A stretch of 62,056 nt of DNA from Candidatus Pacebacteria bacterium RIFOXYA1_FULL_38_18 (GTDB lineage Bacteria > Patescibacteriota > Microgenomatia > UBA1400 > PJMF01). Position 1 is the stretch's first letter. The number at the start of each line of letters is the position of its first letter. The stretch spans positions 1 to 62,056 of the forward strand of contig MFWV01000001.1 of NCBI GenBank assembly GCA_001787405.1, written 5' to 3'. Both the position numbers and the translations under genes were made by a program. Positions 9,227 to 17,549 of the stretch are shown here, in pieces. The notes beneath the pieces were generated by a model. It worked only from the letters and a program-made list of their open reading frames with translations. It ran no database searches and was not told where the DNA came from.

Positions 9227-10447
9227 ATGATAAAAAACATCGCCAAAATTTTATTGGTTTTGTTGTTTTTGTTGATAACAGTCAATCCTATTTTTGCTCA
9301 GGAGCAAAAAGCCAATATCTATTTTTTTTGGGGCGAAGGTTGTCCGCATTGTGAGCGAGAAAAACCATTTTTAGAAACACTGGAAGAACAATATACTGGA
9401 GTTAAGGTTTATGATTTTGAAGTTTGGCACAATGCTGATAATCGAAAATTAATGATTGAAGTTGGTCAAAAACTAAACACCAATATCAATGGAGTTCCTT
9501 TTACAGTAGTGGGAGAAGAGTATTTTGTTGGTTGGCTGGATGAACAAACTACTGGTACAGCCATTGAAAATGCCGTGCAGGATTTTTTGGAAAATGATGG
9601 ACACGATTTGGTGGGAGAAATTCTAACTGCTAGTTTACAACCGACTGAAACAAAAGAAACTCAGCGTGAATCAGAGAATCAAACAAGATCGGCGGTACTT
9701 GAAGAAATTGATTTGCCAATTGTTGGCAAGATCGATACCAGCAATCTTTCTTTGCCTATTTTAACGATTATTCTGGGTGGTTTGGATGGATTCAATCCCT
9801 GTGCTATGTGGACACTCATCTTTTTAATCGGTTTACTACTGGGCATGGAAAATAAAAAAAGACGTTGGATTCTAGGAATAACTTTTATTGTTGCCTCTGC
9901 TTTTGTTTACTTCTTATTTATGGCAGCTTGGCTGAATTTACTTTTATTTGTTGGTTTTATTATTTGGGTAAGAGCCTTGATAGGTTTATTGGCTTTGGTG
10001 GGTGGTGGTTATAATTTGAAAGAGTTCTTTGTTAATAAGGATGATGGTTGTAAGGTAACGGGCAATGAAAAGCGTCAAGCTGTTTTTGAAAAATTGAAAA
10101 ACATCACTCATCGCAAACAATTTTTACTGGCTATGGGTGGTATTATTCTTTTGGCTTTTGCAGTCAACTTGGTTGAATTGATTTGTTCAGCTGGCTTGCC
10201 GGTAGTTTTTACTCAAATTTTGGTTTTGAGTAATTTAGCCCCGTGGCAGCATTATGCCTATATGTTGCTCTATATTTTTATTTTCATGCTAGATGATTTA
10301 TTGATCTTTTTTATGGCTATGTTTACTTTGAAAATGACTGGTATCAGTACCAAGTACAGTCGATTCTCTCACCTTGTTGGCGGTTTGCTGATGCTAATTA
10401 TTGGTTTGTTATTGATTTTCAAACCTGAATTATTAATGTTTGGTTGA
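9227..10447 (+). CDS. thioredoxin/glutaredoxin domain fused to CcdA/DsbD-like membrane domain
   Basis: Signal peptide, CPHC, GVP cis-Pro loop, DGFNPC and ELIC membrane cysteines, multiple TMs; start at ATG 9227. Confidence 0.8.
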   Translation: MIKNIAKILLVLLFLLITVNPIFAQEQKANIYFFWGEGCPHCEREKPFLETLEEQYTGVKVYDFEVWHNADNRKLMIEVGQKLNTNINGVPFTVVGEEYFVGWLDEQTTGTAIENAVQDFLENDGHDLVGEILTASLQPTETKETQRESENQTRSAVLEEIDLPIVGKIDTSNLSLPILTIILGGLDGFNPCAMWTLIFLIGLLLGMENKKRRWILGITFIVASAFVYFLFMAAWLNLLLFVGFIIWVRALIGLLALVGGGYNLKEFFVNKDDGCKVTGNEKRQAVFEKLKNITHRKQFLLAMGGIILLAFAVNLVELICSAGLPVVFTQILVLSNLAPWQHYAYMLLYIFIFMLDDLLIFFMAMFTLKMTGISTKYSRFSHLVGGLLMLIIGLLLIFKPELLMFG

Positions 10448-10513
10448 GTTTAAATGATCAATGCGATTTTTATTTTTTAGAATTCAAACTAAATCGTGCG
10501 GTAGAATAAAAGT

Positions 10514-11500
10514 ATGAATAGCATTTTTCCCAAAAAATTAAAACCAGGAGATCATCTTCGAGTAATAGCTCCATCAAGATCTTTGGGTTTACTAGGTCAA
10601 GAAACTATTTCAATTGCCAATAAACGTTTGCAAAAAATGGGTTTTGAGTTAAGTTTTGGTAAATACGTCAAAGAAATGGATGATTTTGCTTCAACAACTA
10701 TTGAACATAGATTGGCAGATTTACACGAAGCATTTGCGGATCAATCAGTAGACGGAATTTTGACTGTCATTGGTGGCTTCAACAGCAATCAACTGCTCCA
10801 ACATCTTGATTGGGCAATTATCAAAAACAACCCCAAAGTTTTTTGTGGATATTCTGATATTACGGCTCTCAATAATAGTATCTATACCAAAACTGGCTTG
10901 GTAACTTACTCGGGCCCCCACTACTCTACTTTTGGTCAAAAACTCAACTTTGAGTACACTCAAGAATATTTTGAAAAAATACTGATGAGTGACCAACCAA
11001 TTGAAATCAAACCTAGTTCGCATTGGTTTGATGATATGTGGTGGTTAAATCAAGATGAACGCCAAGCAGAAAAAAATACTGGTTATACAGTGATCAATCC
11101 TGGCACAACTAACGGAACTATTCTGGGAGCCAATTTATGCACCCTGAATTTACTTCAAGGCACCGAGTTTATGCCTGATTTGACTGGAGCAGTGGTGTTT
11201 GTGGAAGACGACGACCAAACATTCCCCGCTCTATTTGATCGTGATTTGCAATCATTGATTCACTTGCCAAATTTTAAAAATGTAAAGGGTTTGGTGATTG
11301 GTCGTTTTCAGAAAAAAAGCCAAATGACCGCCGAACTACTCCGTCAAATCATCAAGTCCAAAAAAGAGCTAGCTCATATTCCGGTAATTGCTGAAGCCGA
11401 TTTTGGTCATACTGATCCCAAAATTACACTCCCAATCGGCGGAAAAGTGGCATTATCTGCTGATCAGAATGGAGCTAAAATAACTTTTCTTGAGCATTGA
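10514..11500 (+). CDS. S66 family LD-carboxypeptidase / MccF-like
   Basis: IAPS, IGGFNSN, GYSDIT, FVED and FGHTDP motifs. Confidence 0.92.
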   Translation: MNSIFPKKLKPGDHLRVIAPSRSLGLLGQETISIANKRLQKMGFELSFGKYVKEMDDFASTTIEHRLADLHEAFADQSVDGILTVIGGFNSNQLLQHLDWAIIKNNPKVFCGYSDITALNNSIYTKTGLVTYSGPHYSTFGQKLNFEYTQEYFEKILMSDQPIEIKPSSHWFDDMWWLNQDERQAEKNTGYTVINPGTTNGTILGANLCTLNLLQGTEFMPDLTGAVVFVEDDDQTFPALFDRDLQSLIHLPNFKNVKGLVIGRFQKKSQMTAELLRQIIKSKKELAHIPVIAEADFGHTDPKITLPIGGKVALSADQNGAKITFLEH

Positions 11501-11562
11501 TAATTGAGCCATTTAATCAATCACGAAAGAAAACTGATTCAAAATGATACAATGCTGTTATT

Positions 11563-11958
11563 ATGAAATATCCAGAGCAAAAAGAACCATGGATTCAAAG
11601 AATTGATGGCATTCCTAATCCTACTGGTCAGGCCGCAAAAGAGTTTGTAAAAAGAAAAGGAAGAGCAATTGGAGCTGGAATTCATACGGTAGAAGAAAAA
11701 GTTATTACTGGTTGGGGTGATGAATTTAATTATGACGAATTAAGTCCAGAAAATAAGCAATTAATTGATTGGTTGTTTGATACAGATTTAGACCTTGAGA
11801 TTGAATTTCAGGGTTTGAAAGCAGGTGAAGTCTGCGCTGATTTATTAAATGGCTATTATCCGCAGAATATGAATTTAGAGAGCTCTATGACGTGGATTGA
11901 GAATCTTAGAAAAAAAATCCTTATTAAAAAAATAATCAAAAAAAGACGCCCAAAATAG
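11563..11958 (+). CDS. hypothetical protein
   Basis: 131-aa ORF with a TACAAT box 9 nt upstream. Confidence 0.6.
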   Translation: MKYPEQKEPWIQRIDGIPNPTGQAAKEFVKRKGRAIGAGIHTVEEKVITGWGDEFNYDELSPENKQLIDWLFDTDLDLEIEFQGLKAGEVCADLLNGYYPQNMNLESSMTWIENLRKKILIKKIIKKRRPK

Positions 11959-12190
11959 TTTTTTTTGTGTTTGTGACCATCCTAGAACTTCCTAATATAA
12001 ACTCAATAATTACTGACCTAGTTGTTAAACTCGAGCAAGACTTTCTTGCTTGATGTCTAGACTGCTCACCGCCATAGCGAATTTATGAAGTGTGCGATGA
12101 GTGTAAAACCTTTTGGAGTCCTTCATAGTGTCAGAGAGTGAGTAAAGGTTGTGCCGTACTCAAAATGAACATATCGGAAGTAATAATATA

Positions 12191-12245
12191 AAAAAACCTG
12201 GTGGTTATCGATGAGTGGTTACTCAAAGATAATTATTCCACCAGG
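12191..12245 (-). terminator. long-stem intrinsic terminator
   Basis: CCTGGTGG...CCACCAGG with nested TTATC/GATAA and GAGT/ACTC pairs, followed by a T-tract on the minus strand, downstream of 12288-12797. Confidence 0.7.
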
Positions 12246-12287
12246 CTTATTGTTGCACTTCTCGCGAAGTTCAATTCGCCTTTGCTT

Positions 12288-12797
12288 TTAGTTTCGGTTA
12301 CGCCAGTGGTGGGGCTTCTTGCCCCTCCAGCACTGCCTTGAAATGTCCGCTTCGTTGTGCTGTTTCTGACGGGCACGCTTCTGCTTTACGTGCTGTTTTT
12401 GAAGGGCGCGCTTCTGCTTTGCGTGTAATTTCTCATAGGCACGCTCCTGCTTTATGCGCTGTTTCTGACGGGCACGCTCTCGCTTTGCTTCTCTGCGAGC
12501 CTCAATCTTTTTTTCCCTGTCGAATGGAATTTCGTTGGGATAGGGCCCAATATCAGATATTCTGCTGTCGGTAAGCGCTCGCTTCCACCAATAAAAAATG
12601 AGGTTTGGTTTCGAGAACCTAGTCACGGTTATCTTGACCTCGTTGAACATGAAAGTGATTGGTCGACCTTCACGTTTCGACAGCGTAATGGCTTCCGCGA
12701 TAGTATTACTTATTCTCGACCCCGCCATTACATCAAAAACACCATCCACTTCTTCATAAAGGTTCATTATATCCTCCAGATTCAGATTGTTTGACAT
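12288..12797 (-). CDS. hypothetical protein with basic 11-aa repeat C-terminus
   Basis: 169-aa ORF with its own promoter and terminator; four K-x-x-RA-x-x-K repeats. Confidence 0.7.
   Translation of the reverse strand: MSNNLNLEDIMNLYEEVDGVFDVMAGSRISNTIAEAITLSKREGRPITFMFNEVKITVTRFSKPNLIFYWWKRALTDSRISDIGPYPNEIPFDREKKIEARREAKRERARQKQRIKQERAYEKLHAKQKRALQKQHVKQKRARQKQHNEADISRQCWRGKKPHHWRNRN
12358..12489. repeat. 4 x 33-bp degenerate coding tandem repeat
   Basis: Units resemble tgctgtttctgacgggcacgcttctgctttacg and encode KRERARQKQRI / KQERAYEKLHA / KQKRALQKQHV / KQKRARQKQHN. Confidence 0.85.
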
Positions 12798-12978
12798 GCT
12801 TTCGCATGGCTATCCGAATGGTATAGCACTTTAGGAACCAGTAAGTGTTTCCCAAGGTGCTATCCACTCGGTAAGGAGGATAAACTTTCCGCAATTTTTT
12901 AAAGTGCAAGATTCCAGAAGGTAAGCCGCTACCAAGCAACAATTGCTAGGCTTAAACCTGCCCTCTTTCGTCTGGGGG

Positions 12979-13006
12979 AGAATACACAATCCCGGCAAAA
13001 AGTCAA
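12979..13006 (-). promoter_or_regulatory. sigma70-like promoter
   Basis: TTGACT-N16-TATTCT on the minus strand, about 180 nt upstream of ATG 12797. Confidence 0.5.
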
Positions 13007-13526
13007 TATTATAGGGTAGTATTTTAAAGTAAATTGGTATACGAAGACACAAATTATCACTTAGTTATTTATACTACAAGTATGGAGCCTCAGCCTGGAC
13101 GCTGACGATCAACAAAATACAGCATAAGGTTATTGAAATATGTAAACAATTACACGGCCAACTGCCTCTTAGGGGTATATTCCCTACAATTGAGGGGTTG
13201 GTGGCGGTTTTAGGTAAAGGATAGCGAACAATATATGATAGGGAGTTGTGGTGCACGCACCCAACGTCGTGCGGGCGATCACTTCTCCACGGGATCAATT
13301 TTCACTATTTGTGAACCAACTGTCTCTGGGGTGGAACACCTTAGTTGATTATATGAGGAAAGTTGAGTTAATTATACCCAGGTTCATTTCTCCGGAGAAA
13401 ATAGGAATCCAGACGTTAGCAACTGACTACTTACCCACTGGGTAATGGAATAAAATGATCGAATCAATAGATGAACATTGAATTCTCGGAAAAATTCTTC
13501 AAATCAATGCTAGAATCATTAATTAT

Positions 13527-14093
13527 ATGAAGAAAATTCTAATTTTTTTGGGGTTAGTTTTTTTACTTTTCTTAGTACTTAAGACATTTAAGAACAACTC
13601 AGGAGAACCTGTTTCACAACCAATGGATGAAAACGAGAAATTGCAAGAAGTAGTGGATAGCAGTGTTGAAGTTGTCGAAAAAGCCAAGAAAGCTATCTTG
13701 GACGAAGATATAGATTTTTTAGTAGAAGAAACTACAACATTTGATTTTGAATGTGAACAAGAACTTATGGGAAATAAACCAGGAGAAAACGTTGAAGAGT
13801 GTAAAACACAAGATTATTTTGTTGCCTACCCAATAGGAATAATTGAAGCCAATGGCACTGTTGTTCCCGAAAGACAGTACAGAGAGTTTTTAAAAAGTTT
13901 ATTTGATCAGAACAACTTTGAGTTCTCCAAGGAGTATAAAGAGGGAGATTTTCTCTATCTTGGGGAGGGCTACAGTCTAGGATTTTTAGATAAAGAACAG
14001 GGAGTATTTCTTTTGGTTGAAATTAATCAGGATGGAAAAATAGTATTGGCTTATCAAACTAATCAGGATCTTTTTGAAGATTATTTAAGGTAA
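13527..14093 (+). CDS. hypothetical membrane-anchored/secreted acidic protein
   Basis: N-terminal hydrophobic anchor; TAGAAT box upstream. Confidence 0.7.
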   Translation: MKKILIFLGLVFLLFLVLKTFKNNSGEPVSQPMDENEKLQEVVDSSVEVVEKAKKAILDEDIDFLVEETTTFDFECEQELMGNKPGENVEECKTQDYFVAYPIGIIEANGTVVPERQYREFLKSLFDQNNFEFSKEYKEGDFLYLGEGYSLGFLDKEQGVFLLVEINQDGKIVLAYQTNQDLFEDYLR

Positions 14094-14100
14094 TTTAGCT

Positions 14101-14349
14101 ATGAAAAAGAATAAAATTCTATCTTTAAACTCACTAATTTTTCTACTCATCGGAATAGCACTGGGTTTTCTCCTCTCACCCAATGACTCAAACTCTAAGT
14201 TAGAATATGGGGAAACAGGGCTTCCCAAGAACTGCAGAGCTATAATTAGATCTAATTATGTGGGCTATAGGTTGGGAGAGTTTGATGCCGATGGAGCTTT
14301 AGATTCTATTAATAGGAACTGCGGTGAGTTTGGTTATTCTTGGAATTAG
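14101..14349 (+). CDS. small membrane-anchored protein with two Cys
   Basis: N-terminal TM; TGLPKNCRA...RNCG. Confidence 0.65.
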   Translation: MKKNKILSLNSLIFLLIGIALGFLLSPNDSNSKLEYGETGLPKNCRAIIRSNYVGYRLGEFDADGALDSINRNCGEFGYSWN

Positions 14350-14377
14350 ACTTATTATTTTGGGGAAAACATTTTCT

Positions 14378-14698
14378 TTAACTTTCAAAACTCTTGAAAA
14401 TCACATCATTCTCATAATCGTTCATCAGCCTGATTGGGATTGGAACTTGTTTATCAACTAGAGTTGGTTTCATTTGTTGCTTCGCTTTGCCATCTATCCT
14501 ATCGCCAATTTCCTTAATAGCTGTAATATCTCCGCTTATCGCCCTGTTGAACAACGCCTCAGCTACCAATTGCTTGTAATTCTTGCCAGATTTATCATCC
14601 ACTCTCTCAGACACCTCCTCAATTACTTCAGACCAAGCTCTGCCCTTATGAGGTCTGCCAGCTCTGTTAATATTTGGGTCGTTTTTAGTAAAAGGCAT
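14378..14698 (-). CDS. terminase small-subunit-like protein (DUF5681-type)
   Basis: MPFTKNDPNINRAGRP N-terminus and A..GD..AIKEI.DRIDGK helix motif, recalled from phage TerS-like proteins. Confidence 0.6.
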   Translation of the reverse strand: MPFTKNDPNINRAGRPHKGRAWSEVIEEVSERVDDKSGKNYKQLVAEALFNRAISGDITAIKEIGDRIDGKAKQQMKPTLVDKQVPIPIRLMNDYENDVIFKSFES

Positions 14699-14859
14699 TG
14701 TTTAACTATGGAATAACAATAACTACTAACTCTATTTTACCCGTTAGTTCGCATAGCCTTTACATTTTTGAGCAATTTAGCCAAGTAGTGATCTGAGGTG
14801 TAAAGTAGTTGCTCCAACTTTGAAATAATACTTATAGGGCTAGATTTAGCCAACGTATT

Positions 14860-15018
14860 ATGACAATTGGAAAAGCTAGAAAACTACTAGGGAGAAAAGC
14901 AAATCATCTTACTGATGAAGAGGTAAGAATAATATTGAATTCAATGAAGATGTTTGCAGAAGTTTGCTATATCAAGTTACTCGATAATAGAAGCACGTTA
15001 GCAAATCAAGTAGAATAA
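14860..15018 (+). CDS. 52-aa helical protein immediately upstream of the recombinase
   Basis: Below ORF-track cutoff: MTIGKARKLLGRKANHLTDEEVRIILNSMKMFAEVCYIKLLDNRSTLANQVE; stop codon 4 nt before the recombinase ATG. Confidence 0.7.
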   Translation: MTIGKARKLLGRKANHLTDEEVRIILNSMKMFAEVCYIKLLDNRSTLANQVE

Positions 15019-15022
15019 CAAT

Positions 15023-16720
15023 ATGAAACCCCAAGCAGTAATTGTCGCACGTGTATCTTCTTCGAAACAAGCCAATGAGAACGATTCGCCTAATCAACAA
15101 ATGAGAGATGGTATAGATTTTGTTGGAAAACAAGGATGGGTAGTTGACAGGACAATGAGTTTTGTAGAATCAGGAAGAAAATCAGAAAGAGAGTTTTTTA
15201 ATGAGGTTATTGACTATTGTGTTGATAGAAAAAACAATATTTCTTATTTAGTTGCAAGGGATATTAGTCGCTTTACTCGTGGAGGCGGCGTTGAGTACAG
15301 GCAGTTGAAAGATAGATTAAAAAAAGCAGGCGTCCAACTTCAAGATACGCAAGGGACGATACAATCAGACAAGAACTCAATGGAAAAGTATGGGCTTGAG
15401 TATTCCTGGAGTCGTTATTCTCCATCTGAAGCAGAGGAAATAAAACAAGCTGACCAAGCAAAAGATCAAGTTAGGCAATCTTTAACACTAATGTTGGGTG
15501 CAGAAATTGAATATGTTAGAGAGGGATATTGGAACAGGAGACCTCCATATGGGTTTGCAAATAAAAAGATTCAGACTGAGGAGCACGGCATAAGAACCAT
15601 TCTGGTTGAAAAACCCAGCGAAGGTATATTTATAAAGAAATTGTTTAGTATGCGATCAAAAGGGATTCATTCTGATGAAGAAATAGTAAGAGAAGTAAAT
15701 GCGTTGGGTTATAAAAGTAGGAAGTATTTCAGAAGAGATAAAAGAACCAAAAAGCCTATTGGTGCGGGAGGAGAAAAACCTCTTACAATCAAACAACTTC
15801 AAAAATATGTTAAAAATCCTATCTATGCAGGGGTAATCTGTGAAAAATGGACTCACTACAAGCTCGTTAAGGGCAGATTTAATGGTTTGGTTGACGTAGA
15901 TACCTTTAATCAGGCAAATGTCGGAAAGGTGATGATTAATGAAGACGAGACGGGAGTCTTCTTCTTAAAGCACGGAAAGCAAAATGAGGATGGGAGAATA
16001 ATAAAAAGAAGAACTAACAACAACCCTTTTTACCCTTATAAAAATGTTGTTTTATGCCCTATCTGCAAAAATCCACTTAAAGCGAGTGCGTCTACAGGAA
16101 AACTGGGTAAAAAATATCCTGCCTACCATTGCAATAGGAATCACGAATATTGGAGGAAATCGAGAGAAGATCTCCACGAAGTTGTTTATTCTTTTATCAA
16201 GAAGATACGTTTTAGCGATGAGTACATTACGTTATTTGAAGCCTCTTTTCTTGAGGTATGGAAAAATAAAAGAGATGAGACTCTGATGGAAAGTGAACAA
16301 GCAGAGAGAAATGTTGTTGATCTATTAGTAGAGCAAAAAAGTATTCGAGATGCAATCAAGATAACTACGAACAAGGCTATGATTCGTGCTTATGAAGATG
16401 ATTATGAAAATATTGAATTAAAAATACAGTCTGCCAGAGAGTTCAGAGCAGGCAAAGAAAAAAGGGAGCTTGACGCCAAGCTCGCAGTTAAAAGTGCAGT
16501 TTACTTAATGGAACACCTAGAAGAATTACTGATAGATCAGGAAAATCCCCTACAACAACAACAGTTGTTCGGACTGATGTTTGAGGAATTCCCTAATTAC
16601 AACGATTTACTTAGTGGAACACCAAAATTATCCCTTGCTTTCAAGCTAAATCAACAAAATGTTTTGTTAAAATCCGATATGGTGACCCCACGGGGAATCG
16701 AACCCCGGTTGCCGGGATGA
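15023..16720 (+). CDS. large serine recombinase (integrase)
   Basis: ARVSSSKQ catalytic Ser, ESG, DISRFTR, PPYG, NPIYAG, CPIC..YHC Zn ribbon and a coiled coil. Confidence 0.93.
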   Translation: MKPQAVIVARVSSSKQANENDSPNQQMRDGIDFVGKQGWVVDRTMSFVESGRKSEREFFNEVIDYCVDRKNNISYLVARDISRFTRGGGVEYRQLKDRLKKAGVQLQDTQGTIQSDKNSMEKYGLEYSWSRYSPSEAEEIKQADQAKDQVRQSLTLMLGAEIEYVREGYWNRRPPYGFANKKIQTEEHGIRTILVEKPSEGIFIKKLFSMRSKGIHSDEEIVREVNALGYKSRKYFRRDKRTKKPIGAGGEKPLTIKQLQKYVKNPIYAGVICEKWTHYKLVKGRFNGLVDVDTFNQANVGKVMINEDETGVFFLKHGKQNEDGRIIKRRTNNNPFYPYKNVVLCPICKNPLKASASTGKLGKKYPAYHCNRNHEYWRKSREDLHEVVYSFIKKIRFSDEYITLFEASFLEVWKNKRDETLMESEQAERNVVDLLVEQKSIRDAIKITTNKAMIRAYEDDYENIELKIQSAREFRAGKEKRELDAKLAVKSAVYLMEHLEELLIDQENPLQQQQLFGLMFEEFPNYNDLLSGTPKLSLAFKLNQQNVLLKSDMVTPRGIEPRLPG

Positions 16721-16754
16721 AAACCCGATGTCCTAACCGCTAGACGATGGGGCC
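16680..16754 (-). tRNA. tRNA-Glu(TTC)
   Basis: GGCCCCA/TGGGGTC acceptor stem, TCGGG-TTTTCAT-CCCGG anticodon arm, GGTTCGATTCC T-arm, CCA end. Confidence 0.95.
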
Positions 16755-16790
16755 GAAACTTCAACTTGAAAGTTGAGTTATGGCTGGCCG

Positions 16791-17204
16791 TTATGGCCAA
16801 GTGACATTTTCAAAGTGCTCTACTCCGCCAGGAGTAACTGCTATGATATCAAACCGATAGAGATTTCGTAAGTCTGTGGTTCGTAAATATTGCTGAGCCA
16901 CATATTGCAATGATTTGAGTTTAGTTTTTCCCACTGCATTGCTAGGATTGCCAAATTGTCCGGTTTGACGTGTTTTTACTTCTACAAAGACCAATTCTTG
17001 ATGCCGTTTGTCCAGGGCTATCAAGTCAATCTCATGTTTTTTAAAGACCAAGTTTCTGTCCAAGATTTGATAACCATTTTTAACTAAGAAATCACAAGCA
17101 ATTTGTTCTCCGATCGCTCCAGTGATGAAATGACTAAATTTATTTTGCTTTGGTGAAAGTATTCTCTTCTTTAACTCTGGTAGCAGCTTTACCGATTTTG
17201 TCAC
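16791..17204 (-). CDS. yraN: YraN family nuclease
   Basis: [21 protein letters not shown] and RFDII motifs; start uncertain. Confidence 0.88.
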   Translation of the reverse strand: MTKSVKLLPELKKRILSPKQNKFSHFITGAIGEQIACDFLVKNGYQILDRNLVFKKHEIDLIALDKRHQELVFVEVKTRQTGQFGNPSNAVGKTKLKSLQYVAQQYLRTTDLRNLYRFDIIAVTPGGVEHFENVTWP

Positions 17205-17484
17205 GCAGATAATATAACTTATTTCTTCTGACGTTTCCCTGACTTTTTATCTCGATTTTTTTCAAAGAAGGTAAGAGAACGGGAAAGATTTTTTCAACAC
17301 CAATGGCGTTGGCGCCGATTTTTCTGACAGTAAAAGATTTACCAGTGCCACGATTTTTAATAGCGATAACTAGTCCTTCAAAAACCTGAACACGTTTTTT
17401 ATCACCTTCGATGATTTCTTGATGAACACGCACCGTATCACCGGAACTGATTTGCTGGTTTTGATAAGTAAAGTATTGAGCCAT
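17140..17484 (-). CDS. rplS: 50S ribosomal protein L19
   Basis: [29 protein letters not shown] and [10 protein letters not shown] motifs. Confidence 0.97.
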   Translation of the reverse strand: MAQYFTYQNQQISSGDTVRVHQEIIEGDKKRVQVFEGLVIAIKNRGTGKSFTVRKIGANAIGVEKIFPVLLPSLKKIEIKSQGNVRRNKLYYLRDKIGKAATRVKEENTFTKAK

Positions 17485-17549
17485 AATTTTTCTTGATTAG
17501 GCGAGCATTGTACCACCCAGAGGGTTGCTAGACAAGAAATGAACTAAAT

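Larger units (their letters stand above)
11973..16687. mobile_element. integrative element with large serine recombinase at the 3' end of tRNA-Glu
   Basis: Recombinase gene runs into tRNA-Glu; GTGACC occurs at 11973-11978 and 16682-16687; cargo is phage-like. The left boundary rests on only a 6-bp match. Confidence 0.7.

Noticed and set aside
13074-13445. Short ORFs 13074-13298 and 13248-13445 and a weak hairpin near 13249-13281
   Set aside because: No recognisable motifs, alternative starts and mutual overlap; the structure is too weak to call.
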